Program-made: the position numbers and the translations under genes
Shown: positions 8,598 to 17,723 of the stretch, one piece after another
How positions within the stretch are numbered: the first letter of the stretch is position 1
Layout: each line of letters starts with the position of its first letter
Origin: a virus
Lineage: Duplodnaviria > Caudoviricetes
DNA length: 33,493 nt
Virus record (IMG/VR): IMGVR_UViG_3300011438_000027
Coordinates: 1-33,493 of that record
Direction: 5' to 3' (one strand)
Notes under the pieces: generated by a model
The model's database searches: none
What the model saw: only the letters and a program-made list of their open reading frames with translations
Told to the model about the DNA's origin: nothing

Positions 8598-9362
8598 TTA
8601 TAAAACGTTACGCATCACAAAGTCTTTTTCAGTCAAATAGATCTTCCCTTTCTTCGCTGGCCAACGTCGATCTCCTTCAGGAATCTCATACGCTTCCTGG
8701 GTGACCCATTCCCGATTGAAAATAGTTACAAATTGATGTTGAAGTATGAGGTTTAACTTCTCATGAAAGTAATAAGGAACATAATCGATATCGAGCAGTC
8801 GCTGTTTCCGCACGACGCTATTCTGAGATATAAGCGAATTACTCAACTGCATTACCTCTTCTTCTTTTGGAAAGCGTTGGTGAAAGAATATTGCGGGGAT
8901 TCTTAAATTAAAGGTAGGCTCTGGTGAACTTACACTATATACTAACCCGAATACGTTGCGATGATTGGAGTAGTTCGCTAAAATTGTGTTTGGTTGGTCG
9001 TCTCTGATATCCTGACAGTCCGATTGATAAAGATCCTCGACTGCGTTCTTCACCACAAACTGAATCAATTGATTGCAAATTTCAGGGCTTATCTCGGAGG
9101 GGGTTAAAGAAAGTGAGTAAACGAACCTATCGGATAGTTCTATGACATCGAACGGAAGCGTTAGAATCTCTGACGCGGCCTCATCCCGAACAGACAGTTC
9201 AAAATCATCTTCTACCGTATTTGTAAACTGGATTTTTATTTCGTCGTCACACTGCCAAGGCTGACAGAAACACTTATGATGGACGCCTTCAGACTGTTGC
9301 TGATTGTAGGTATTGCATTCTAACGACCAAAATTGAATAGGCTGAGCGTCTGAAAATATCAT
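8598..9362 (-). CDS. Putative tail protein (distal tail/baseplate)
   Basis: Likely start is the ATG at 9362 (MIFSDAQPIQFW). It follows the large tail hub gene. Confidence 0.55.
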   Translation of the reverse strand: MIFSDAQPIQFWSLECNTYNQQQSEGVHHKCFCQPWQCDDEIKIQFTNTVEDDFELSVRDEAASEILTLPFDVIELSDRFVYSLSLTPSEISPEICNQLIQFVVKNAVEDLYQSDCQDIRDDQPNTILANYSNHRNVFGLVYSVSSPEPTFNLRIPAIFFHQRFPKEEEVMQLSNSLISQNSVVRKQRLLDIDYVPYYFHEKLNLILQHQFVTIFNREWVTQEAYEIPEGDRRWPAKKGKIYLTEKDFVMRNVL

Positions 9363-9426
9363 TAACCATAAATGGGATACGTTATCTTCCCGACAACTCA
9401 GGAACAGCACCGCTAATATAGATATT

Positions 9427-12400
9427 TTATTCAAATGTGTCATCGAATGTATCGTCAAAAATGCCCTCTGCCTCTGCGCCTTCGGTTATGCACACGCCAA
9501 ATTCATCGGTTATAGGCTCTCCGAATTCATCGGTTATCGGGTTAATACACAGTGCTGTTGGTGAACAATCCTGCGTCGCCGCTGGCCCTTCAATGACTTC
9601 AAGCGGGAAATATGCTTTCGTCCATCCTGAAATCTTGGCTTTGCCATTCATGACCTCGTACTCCAACTGCTCTATAAATAGCGGCACGTGATCTGAACTT
9701 GTCAAACTAATTCCGATTGCATTTCTTCTATTCTCGCGGATCGTCTTATATGTTTCCCACTCCATTGGAACTTCTATCTCGTAATAATGAGGGGTAATCG
9801 TCACATGGTCGGTTACTTCTATGTCCTGTTTTTCTGACAGCGATTGACCCTCGTTATCTTCTTCCAAACAATCGGGCGACTCATCGAATGTCGTGACCAT
9901 ATCAAAGTTACCTTCACCCGATACGAACTTGAAGAATGAATTCAGGTAACTTTGAAGGCAGCCGTTAAACCATTTCCGCCAGCGGAGGAAGTTACGCGCT
10001 ACCGACAGGCGGACGTTGTACCGAGTCTCGAAATTGAGAAGGTTTAATACAGAGGAAAACGCCGAACCTAATTCAGGCGCATACGAATCAGGGGACACGT
10101 CGTCAGCATTAATGGCTATGATAAACGTGTTGTTATCGAACTTGTAGTCGGCTGATTTTTGTATCGTTTGCCTTCGGGTCGTTTCAATAGCCAAGGACGC
10201 CGCAATGAAATCACTGTGAATAGTAATCCCCTGTCCAATCTTTTGGAACCGTGTGGAGTAAACCCTTTTCGATTGAGGATCGTCAATCCCTGAAACATCT
10301 TCGGACTGCCACTGACTATACCCGATTTCCACTTTGTTGAAAATAATTTCCTCGTCGTACTTGCGCGTTATCTCTTCGATGTTGGAGATCAAAACCGACA
10401 TCTCTTCCTGATAGAAGTACTCGCGTTCCTCTACCCGTATAATGCGCTCGTCGGGAACTATAACTGCCTCGGGCAGGGTGGTCAAGAACAATCCGGCGTA
10501 AGGAAGTTCTACATCCGCATTCGTTCCCACGGACAAATCCGCGATCATTTCTATTTTCGCCACTGGGACAATTGAGGTAAATGCCCAGTGCCAGGGCTTC
10601 GTATCGTTGTTAAAGGTGGATTCTGTCTTTGAGCTTATCAAATTATCGCCCGAGTCGTAGAAATTGACGATTAAATCCAATTGATCCCCACCACCGACTC
10701 CTGTAGGGCGGTATTCGGAGGCAAACACATAATCCCCCGCATCACCATTTGAAATCTCCTGCGTCAACCCCTTACTCGATCCGGAAACCAGCGACACGGT
10801 AGCAACGCCTCCACCCACTGCCCAATCAGCGCCCGCGTTTTCATTGGTCCACACTGAGGCGCTGTCAAAATCCTCATTGAGTAAAAGTTGCTCCGTGGGA
10901 TCACCTATCGCCATGCGGATCATGACCGTTTTTGTATCAAAGGCGGTGTCATTTACAAGGCGGACCGCTAAGTACACCCCGTCGCTGGGAGGGGTTATGT
11001 TGAACACCTCATGGTGAAATCCGTAGGTGCTGTAATTGAACTCTTGGGTAATAATTTCATTAAAACCAGCGTCGAGTACCGCCCAAATAAAATTAATATC
11101 TAAGGGGTTGACTCCACCGGTCTCAAAGATCTCGACGAGTGTCGTCAATGCATATGTTACCCCCGCCGTCGTTGCCCACAATCCGCATGTAAAACCCTCC
11201 ACTCCACTGTTACCATTTACAGAAGTGAAAGGAAAACCGAATACAGCATAATTCCATGCACCTGGATTCGGCCCCGCCGCGTCATCCCAATCAAATAAAT
11301 CCTCAACGTTTGACGATACCGGATCTAAGGTAGAGCCTGGAATAAAGTCGTAGCTTAACCCCAAACATAAAATCGGGTCGATGCCTTTCCACCACTGCTC
11401 AAAAGATTGTGCAAAGGGTTTTGCTGCCAATGTATAGCCACGTAATTGCAGCCCTTTTATTAGCGCGTATTCCCAAGCGCATCCATCGCTATCATATTGG
11501 CGGGCTTTCGTCAATGCAGATCCTAACAACTCGGAATAAAACGGGTTATCTTCCCCAATCCCATAGCTTTTTAGAATGGCAGCCGCGACATCGTGAAGTA
11601 AAAATGTTTCTTCCTGCGTTTCAGGGAACGTGGTTTGACCCGTGACGTATAAATGATTTGCCCGTAAATCGCCCTCACTCTTCCCGGCTCCTGAAGGTGT
11701 AAGCGCGAAATCAGAAGGCCATAAGAAAAAGAATGTGGACCCACCATGTACATTTATATCTGCAATCATCTCGCCATAGATCGTTACAGGTGTATTGGCT
11801 GGGATGTCCACCGTGTCTTGATACGTGTACACCGTTGACTCACCGAGCGCAGGACCATAATCTGTTTCTGTAAGAGGTATCGGCGCATCGCTACCGAACT
11901 GAATAAACATCGACAAATAGCCGATAAGGGAATACTGCTCCCCTAAATTATTAATTGCCGACGCCTCGAGTCTGATATCAAACTCATAAGCGCCAGCTTC
12001 CAACATAAAGAAAAGATTTACCGGAATCTCAGGATTTGACGCGGTAGGAATGTGGAATTTTTCCTCTATTTCCTCCTGGATATCGGTGTCCATGTCAATC
12101 TGCACAAACTCGCCGACCGTCCAGTCTGGACCCCCGATAGTTGGGTCGCTGAAACTTCCGTTTGCTATCTCGCCAATGTATTTTTTCTGTATTGTCTGAG
12201 ATGGAAGGATAAGGTTGATAGGCTCGACTGGCACTACGGCCGATCCATCGAGGTCCGTTGCGGATTGAAGGTCCACCGGCGTCTTCCACCTGGAATAGAA
12301 CTTGGCCCAAAAGTCATCTTTTATAACCGGGATCCGATATTTGTTTTTGGGTAGGCGTTCGCCTTGTGCTAGGTTGAGCTGTCCAAAAAAACAATCCTCA

Positions 12401-13098
12401 TACGTTATGTCATCTGGCGCAATCTCTATCAGTATGGAGATATTCACGTCTACGCCGCGCGTTACTTCAAGATCCTCGATGTAATGCAACCCTCCGTTAA
12501 CTACGCCATTATCGCCGTAGAAAATAAACGAGCCGTCAAAGAACTCAATAAGAGAATGAAAGTCCTGATCTCGGGCGAGCTTCATTACCGCTTGTTTCCA
12601 TCCATCCGGCTCGTCTATCTGCAAACTTGTTGGGGGGTCAGTATTATCTATGCTCGTTCCTGAAGCCTCATCGACAACAATAGTAACATTTGATCCCGAA
12701 GAAGCCTTGAATCCAATTTTCGTACAATCAGCGTTAGCTGTGAAGTTTATACTAATTGATTTCTGCCCACCTGGACTTGGCGGAAAGGTGTCCAATTCAC
12801 TAAACTGCGTCACGAACGAGTTATCCAGTATTGCCAGGGTCACCGTTCTGGGATTGGAGATCCCAGAAATATAGCTTGTCGTGTGGGTCAGTGTAATGGT
12901 ATACTCAACACCGTCCTCAAACCCATAATCGACATACAAAAATTCTGACACCGAAGACGCGGGTAGTGTGACTGACGGGATCGGGCCTTCGGACCATTCT
13001 TCGTCGGCGCCCGTTTGGGTGGACCATTGTTCGAGCGGAGGAATAGAAATAGGTCCAGACTCGGACCCAGCATGCATTAGCGTGAACCTGAATTTCAT
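9427..13098 (-). CDS. Large minor tail / hub protein with inserted carbohydrate-binding-like domains
   Basis: 1223 aa, acidic and beta-rich. It directly follows the tape measure gene with an ATGA overlap at 13095-13098. Confidence 0.75.
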   Translation of the reverse strand: MKFRFTLMHAGSESGPISIPPLEQWSTQTGADEEWSEGPIPSVTLPASSVSEFLYVDYGFEDGVEYTITLTHTTSYISGISNPRTVTLAILDNSFVTQFSELDTFPPSPGGQKSISINFTANADCTKIGFKASSGSNVTIVVDEASGTSIDNTDPPTSLQIDEPDGWKQAVMKLARDQDFHSLIEFFDGSFIFYGDNGVVNGGLHYIEDLEVTRGVDVNISILIEIAPDDITYEDCFFGQLNLAQGERLPKNKYRIPVIKDDFWAKFYSRWKTPVDLQSATDLDGSAVVPVEPINLILPSQTIQKKYIGEIANGSFSDPTIGGPDWTVGEFVQIDMDTDIQEEIEEKFHIPTASNPEIPVNLFFMLEAGAYEFDIRLEASAINNLGEQYSLIGYLSMFIQFGSDAPIPLTETDYGPALGESTVYTYQDTVDIPANTPVTIYGEMIADINVHGGSTFFFLWPSDFALTPSGAGKSEGDLRANHLYVTGQTTFPETQEETFLLHDVAAAILKSYGIGEDNPFYSELLGSALTKARQYDSDGCAWEYALIKGLQLRGYTLAAKPFAQSFEQWWKGIDPILCLGLSYDFIPGSTLDPVSSNVEDLFDWDDAAGPNPGAWNYAVFGFPFTSVNGNSGVEGFTCGLWATTAGVTYALTTLVEIFETGGVNPLDINFIWAVLDAGFNEIITQEFNYSTYGFHHEVFNITPPSDGVYLAVRLVNDTAFDTKTVMIRMAIGDPTEQLLLNEDFDSASVWTNENAGADWAVGGGVATVSLVSGSSKGLTQEISNGDAGDYVFASEYRPTGVGGGDQLDLIVNFYDSGDNLISSKTESTFNNDTKPWHWAFTSIVPVAKIEMIADLSVGTNADVELPYAGLFLTTLPEAVIVPDERIIRVEEREYFYQEEMSVLISNIEEITRKYDEEIIFNKVEIGYSQWQSEDVSGIDDPQSKRVYSTRFQKIGQGITIHSDFIAASLAIETTRRQTIQKSADYKFDNNTFIIAINADDVSPDSYAPELGSAFSSVLNLLNFETRYNVRLSVARNFLRWRKWFNGCLQSYLNSFFKFVSGEGNFDMVTTFDESPDCLEEDNEGQSLSEKQDIEVTDHVTITPHYYEIEVPMEWETYKTIRENRRNAIGISLTSSDHVPLFIEQLEYEVMNGKAKISGWTKAYFPLEVIEGPAATQDCSPTALCINPITDEFGEPITDEFGVCITEGAEAEGIFDDTFDDTFE
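9497..9540 (-). repeat. Intragenic tandem repeat encoding PITDEFG twice (24-bp period)
   Basis: ccaaattcatcggttatagg (9497-9516) and ccgaattcatcggttatcgg (9521-9540). A degenerate third unit follows (CITEG). Confidence 0.85.
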
Positions 13099-15584
13099 AA
13101 TCTAAACCTGCCCGATTTAGCCCGAACTTTCATCCTATAATTATCTCCTTTTGTTTTTACCTCATACACGATTCCACTCTGCTCTATCACATCGGGAGGT
13201 CTGTTTTTCTCAATAGCTTTTATAATCCGCTCGTCGTTGAAAGCCTGACTTTGGGCTGGCTGACGTCCTTGTTTTAGCTCTTTCAGCACTTTGTTATCGA
13301 GTTTCTTCGCGCGGATATCTTTCAGCACATCCCCGGCGTGGTGAGTTTCCCATGCTGTCATGACAGATTCGCCCTTTGATAAATTAGCTGGGATGGAGTC
13401 GCTTATTCCGGTGCCTGGACCCTGAAGATCGATTACCCCTTTAGCGTAACCAGAGCGCTGACGGTTGATGTTCCTGATTTGGGCGAGTGTCTGAGCAGCT
13501 ATAAGCGCAGAGATAACCAAGGCTGCCGGATAGGGATAGGTCGCAAACGCTTTGACAACACCAGCAGCGCCGTCGATAACCGCCTGTGACCTTCGGGTCT
13601 GTTTTTCCTTCTCGAAGATCTTCCGCTGTAATGTACTGGTGTCCCTCTCTTCCCTTAACCGCAATTGTGTTTTTGCACGCTCATTGTCGCCAGCGAGAAT
13701 CTGTTGTTCATCGTAAAAATCCCGAAGAGCCACTAACCGCCTTTTGTAATTATCAAGTTCGGTTTGAAGGGTGTTATTTATAAGATCGGCTTGAATATCA
13801 ACGCCACTTGAAAGAATATCCCTCCAATTTTCCTCGAACTCAACTGCCATGTTATCCCAAAAATCATTAGGGATAATACTTGGTGGTAGAGGGAGCTTCA
13901 TTGTAGAAAGCGCCTCCATTGATTCGCTCAGTCTAGCCTCGACGCCCTTCATTGCATCGGAAAGGAATCCCATCGACTTAGTGGCATCCTTGATATTATT
14001 GTTAAATTCCTTAATGTGGAATTCCCTGAAAGCACGCTGAAGATCTCCTAACTCCGCGTTCGCTATTTCCAATGCCTTTGTAAGACGACCACCAGCACCT
14101 AGATCAGCCATATCATTGGTTGCCTGAAGCTGTTCTTGTAAAGCTTCAATTTCAGCTTTCTTGCGCTGTATAATTCCAGTTGCAACTATTTCCTCTTCGT
14201 TGACTTTCTTTAATGCCAAGAGTTTAGCTTGGAGAATTTTTAATATCTCCTGATCGATTAACGCGTCACCTTTTTTGCTGGCAATATAATCAAGTTGTGT
14301 TTGGATGTTCTGTTTTATCTGAATGTCCTCATCAAAGCGACCTACTAAAAGGCTCTTTAACTTATCAATAGTGGCTTGCGCCGCATCCCGTTCCTTCGCA
14401 TAAGCCCCAACGGATTTTGTAAGCGCAGCAACCTCATCCTCAATCGCCTTAATGTTTTCTTCTTTTGTACCCGTTAAAACACGCAATGAGAATTCATTTG
14501 CACTGATGTTGGCAATCTCTTTTATACGCTGCTCTTCGGCTAATTCAGCTACAGCAATGCCTCGGTTGCTAGCCTCAATCGCATCGCCGAATACCTCTAC
14601 ATAATCTCTGAGGAAGTCGATAAATCCACCATCCTGAGTAACTTTTTTGGCAAGCTCCTGACGGAACCGCGCTGTTGCTGAAGCTAGTATATCTACTTTT
14701 GTGGCGGCCGTTTCGGCATATCCCCCCATTTTCTCGAGCTCCACGCGGGCAATCTCAGCAACGCCTTTAGTAACATCAGCAACACTCTGAGATGCCAAAG
14801 CAGCCCCGCCAAATTGTTCTTTTAACCTAGTGGCTGAAAGTCCTAAGTTATCTAGGACAAGAATGGATTTGCGCCCTATACCACGAACAATGGAGTCCAC
14901 CAGGTAATCGACCGACTCACCCGTTTGTTGCGCGCGGGATGCAGCGAATTCAAACAACACAGGTAAATGCTCGACAGCGACCCCAAGATTAGTCGCCTGT
15001 AATGTGCGCTGCATTAATTCAAATTCACTTACTGCGCCGTGAGTGGCACGCTTCAAATTAAATAGAAGGTTTTCAGAATCGGGGAATGTTCTCCTAAAGG
15101 CCAGCTCAACGCCCTCCACGTTTCCGGCAAGCTTGGCCATTTCTAACCCAATACTGACCACCTCACGGACGATTCCAGCGGTAATTACTAGTTTAACCGC
15201 AGTGTATAATTGCCCAAATTGTGAGGATAGGCTCTTGGTTGCCTGGTCAGTTTCTTTCAGGGCCTTTGGCAACTGAAAGGCGGACTTTGTTGCCGCGTCA
15301 ATCTGGGTCTTTAATGTCTTATACTGATTGGAGAGTTCAGCAATTCGTTTTGGATCAGACGATAATTGAATGGATATCTTCAGCTTGGCTAGCTGAATAT
15401 TCATCGATTCTATGGCCCGAACTGGACTCGTAAAGCTCTGCGCAATCTTTTGACCTGACTGTTGGGCTTGCTGTTGTAGATTGTTGGTAGATTGATTCGC
15501 ACGGTTAAGAATGGCTGATGCCTTCTCTATTTCCGCCGTATTGAATTTGTAGTTAATAACAATGTTCTGCGACCTGTCAGCCAT
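13095..15584 (-). CDS. Tail tape measure protein
   Basis: 829 aa, helical and Ala-rich. It contains GIGRKSILVLDNLG and the C-terminal YAKG...GPGTGISDSIPANLSKGESV motif typical of tape measure proteins. Confidence 0.9.
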   Translation of the reverse strand: MADRSQNIVINYKFNTAEIEKASAILNRANQSTNNLQQQAQQSGQKIAQSFTSPVRAIESMNIQLAKLKISIQLSSDPKRIAELSNQYKTLKTQIDAATKSAFQLPKALKETDQATKSLSSQFGQLYTAVKLVITAGIVREVVSIGLEMAKLAGNVEGVELAFRRTFPDSENLLFNLKRATHGAVSEFELMQRTLQATNLGVAVEHLPVLFEFAASRAQQTGESVDYLVDSIVRGIGRKSILVLDNLGLSATRLKEQFGGAALASQSVADVTKGVAEIARVELEKMGGYAETAATKVDILASATARFRQELAKKVTQDGGFIDFLRDYVEVFGDAIEASNRGIAVAELAEEQRIKEIANISANEFSLRVLTGTKEENIKAIEDEVAALTKSVGAYAKERDAAQATIDKLKSLLVGRFDEDIQIKQNIQTQLDYIASKKGDALIDQEILKILQAKLLALKKVNEEEIVATGIIQRKKAEIEALQEQLQATNDMADLGAGGRLTKALEIANAELGDLQRAFREFHIKEFNNNIKDATKSMGFLSDAMKGVEARLSESMEALSTMKLPLPPSIIPNDFWDNMAVEFEENWRDILSSGVDIQADLINNTLQTELDNYKRRLVALRDFYDEQQILAGDNERAKTQLRLREERDTSTLQRKIFEKEKQTRRSQAVIDGAAGVVKAFATYPYPAALVISALIAAQTLAQIRNINRQRSGYAKGVIDLQGPGTGISDSIPANLSKGESVMTAWETHHAGDVLKDIRAKKLDNKVLKELKQGRQPAQSQAFNDERIIKAIEKNRPPDVIEQSGIVYEVKTKGDNYRMKVRAKSGRFRL

Positions 15585-15627
15585 GATGAAGATAAAAAAT
15601 GAATATCTTCGCTTGCCGCGAACAATG

Positions 15628-15939
15628 TTACTTTAAACCGAAAGGCTCCATTTCCAATGAGTTGTTTTGGATAGCCTGGTTCTTTTTCAGCGTTAAGATA
15701 CGAAAATTAAAGTCATAAATGGACATGGCCCGGAGTTGCTTTTCAAGGATCGGATCACCATCGGAAAGCATTATGAAGGATTCTTCCCACTCTCGGATAA
15801 ACTCTCCGATGATAGAGTCCGAAGATCTTCCGTCAAAAGCTGAATTATTTCCTCCCTCTCCTGTATATAGCCCTCCAAAGATGTTATTGAAATACCGCTC
15901 AATCCGAATAACTCTACTATGGGCTTCGTCAAAAAAAAA
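15628..15939 (-). CDS. Tail assembly chaperone C-terminal extension (gpT-like, -1 frame)
   Basis: This frame is -1 relative to 15771..16421. It is open from just upstream of a U9 run to just before the tape measure gene. Confidence 0.6.
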   Translation of the reverse strand, partial: FFFDEAHSRVIRIERYFNNIFGGLYTGEGGNNSAFDGRSSDSIIGEFIREWEESFIMLSDGDPILEKQLRAMSIYDFNFRILTLKKNQAIQNNSLEMEPFGLK

Positions 15940-16421
15940 TCTATGGTGTGATTTCGCTCCCAATGCTCACACTTTTTTAAGCCGTGCATGCGGTTGTAGG
16001 TGGTGAGGTCTTCGGTTTCGTCGAAGTAAATTATAGAAGCAAGACGTTTAACGGATGCAGGTTCAAATCCTAACGCAACCCTGGATTCCATGTTAATGAT
16101 CGCGCGCCAAATGGTTTCCATTGAAATGTTATTCTTTTTCATCCCACCCTCCAAATTTGTCTTAACAATTTTAATGAATTCCAGAAGGACTTCGCGCGTC
16201 ATGCACAAATCGGCTTCCTTCAGCGCGGCGTATACATATTTGTAACGCCCTGCCGGTAACATCTTGTCGTCGATGAACTTGTAATACTGAACGTTTCCTG
16301 ATTTGAAAGCCTTCTCAATCAGAGGGGCATAGTCTTCATGGCGGATATTTCGAACAGGATTAGCAAGCGGTTTGGGCTTACGGTGATGACCGTTTTTAAC
16401 GCCGTTCTTTTTCTTAATCAT
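15771..16421 (-). CDS. Tail assembly chaperone (gpG-like)
   Basis: 216 aa, upstream of the tape measure gene, with an overlapping -1 ORF. Confidence 0.65.
   Translation of the reverse strand: MIKKKNGVKNGHHRKPKPLANPVRNIRHEDYAPLIEKAFKSGNVQYYKFIDDKMLPAGRYKYVYAALKEADLCMTREVLLEFIKIVKTNLEGGMKKNNISMETIWRAIINMESRVALGFEPASVKRLASIIYFDETEDLTTYNRMHGLKKCEHWERNHTIDFFLTKPIVELFGLSGISITSLEGYIQEREEIIQLLTEDLRTLSSESLSESGKNPS
15930..15941 (-). other. Candidate -1 frameshift slippery site GAU UUU UUU UUG
   Basis: Nine A residues at 15931-15939 on the plus strand, similar to the UUUUUUG site of P2 E/E'. Confidence 0.6.
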
Positions 16422-16657
16422 GGCATAATGATTTTGGGGAGCTCGATCTTTGGTTTGGGCTGTGGCTTGGTAAGTAGTCCCTTCTCGTTCATAGTCTTCA
16501 AAGCTTGTTCAAGCAAATCTTTTTTAACGTACACCCCACAAGTGAGCAACACGAACTGAAGTTTTTTCATGTCCATTGGCCCGGCATTTACAAGGATACA
16601 TTTGATCACATCGTAAATGAATCCGTCACGGTCGGAAAGTTTTTGTAGGATTGTCAT
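16418..16657 (-). CDS. Hypothetical protein
   Basis: 79 aa with ATGA overlaps on both sides. Confidence 0.7.
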   Translation of the reverse strand: MTILQKLSDRDGFIYDVIKCILVNAGPMDMKKLQFVLLTCGVYVKKDLLEQALKTMNEKGLLTKPQPKPKIELPKIIMP

Positions 16658-16962
16658 TCTTCGCCTATTATGATTCGTTCTTTAGAAGTCAGTTTTACAA
16701 TTATGAAGTTAAGGCCGCAGAGGCAGAAACAGTACAGCGGCCAAAGTTCAATACCTTGATTCACAAAAATAAAATAACCTATCGTTCCATGAATTGAACT
16801 CATACAGGGCGCACACCCAAACAAAGGTTTCGTTATCCATTTGGAATAACTATCCTCCAACCAATCACCTACTGTATCAAGTGCCATTCCTTTGGAGAAT
16901 AAACACCGAACGCCCCAAATCCATAGGCTGTTGAGAAGTAAGAAGGCAATAAACTCATTCAT
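16654..16962 (-). CDS. Small membrane protein with CxxC motif (DUF1360-like)
   Basis: About three hydrophobic segments and the motif KPLFGCAPCMSSIHG. Confidence 0.6.
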   Translation of the reverse strand: MNEFIAFLLLNSLWIWGVRCLFSKGMALDTVGDWLEDSYSKWITKPLFGCAPCMSSIHGTIGYFIFVNQGIELWPLYCFCLCGLNFIIVKLTSKERIIIGEE

Positions 16963-17723
16963 ATTATTATTCCAAAATGGTTTTCACACTCCTGTAAAGG
17001 TCTGCCGTACAACTCCGACACATAGCCCGGCTTGGCCCTTGAAACATCCTGCTTTATCGTAGCAAAACGGTTCGATAGCTTCGCCGTGCTGTTCCTAACC
17101 TTCAAACTAATGTCCCTTCGAAGATAAGAATAATGGTTCATGATTGTGTCCGACATAATGATTCCGTTCAACTCATTCAACCGCCTGGACGGATCGATTT
17201 GGGCGACCTTATTCTTATACGCAAACGGGTATTCGTGAATCCTGCCGCAATAGATTTCTTTCTTTAGTTTATGAATGAATGGGACTAGTGTCGCCGAATC
17301 CTCGCAGTAAAGCGTTGGTTTCCCGATGTAGACACGAACGCGGCAGACGATACCGTTTATTGCTGGTTCTTCAAATAACGTCTTATCCTTCACTACGTCT
17401 TCAGGGTGGTAGAACTCGTCAGCGTCAGCGGTGAAAAAGTGACTATACCCCTCACGCTTCGCAACCTCAATACCTTGATTTCTTTTCCTGGTTTCATTGA
17501 CAAGTGGTTTAAGTGAACGGACCGGTTCTAGTTGATGAAATAGAACGCGGTCGTAATTATGGGTAGCCACGAATCTTAACATACGATCATCTTTAACGAA
17601 ATGGTTCGATGATGCGCTCCACATTACTATAATTCCGTCACAGAACTGCAAATGGTTCTCTATGCAGAAGGGTAGAAGTTCAAGCGTGTCAACCCAGCAT
17701 GAAATAATTGATACAAGTTTCAT
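16959..17723 (-). CDS. GT-A fold glycosyltransferase (GT2-like)
   Basis: ETRKRNQGIEVAK...HFFTADADEFY (DxD motif) and a C-terminal HYSYLR. Start inferred from the ATGA overlap. Confidence 0.8.
   Translation of the reverse strand: MKLVSIISCWVDTLELLPFCIENHLQFCDGIIVMWSASSNHFVKDDRMLRFVATHNYDRVLFHQLEPVRSLKPLVNETRKRNQGIEVAKREGYSHFFTADADEFYHPEDVVKDKTLFEEPAINGIVCRVRVYIGKPTLYCEDSATLVPFIHKLKKEIYCGRIHEYPFAYKNKVAQIDPSRRLNELNGIIMSDTIMNHYSYLRRDISLKVRNSTAKLSNRFATIKQDVSRAKPGYVSELYGRPLQECENHFGIII

Noticed and set aside
9363-9458. Lipoprotein-like N-terminal extension (MTHLNKISILAVLFLS-C-REDN) on the 8598..9458 ORF
   Set aside because: It would start inside the upstream gene's C-terminal motif and cross a promoter/hairpin-like gap. 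The ATG at 9362 is more plausible. Not fully excluded; homologue alignment would settle it.
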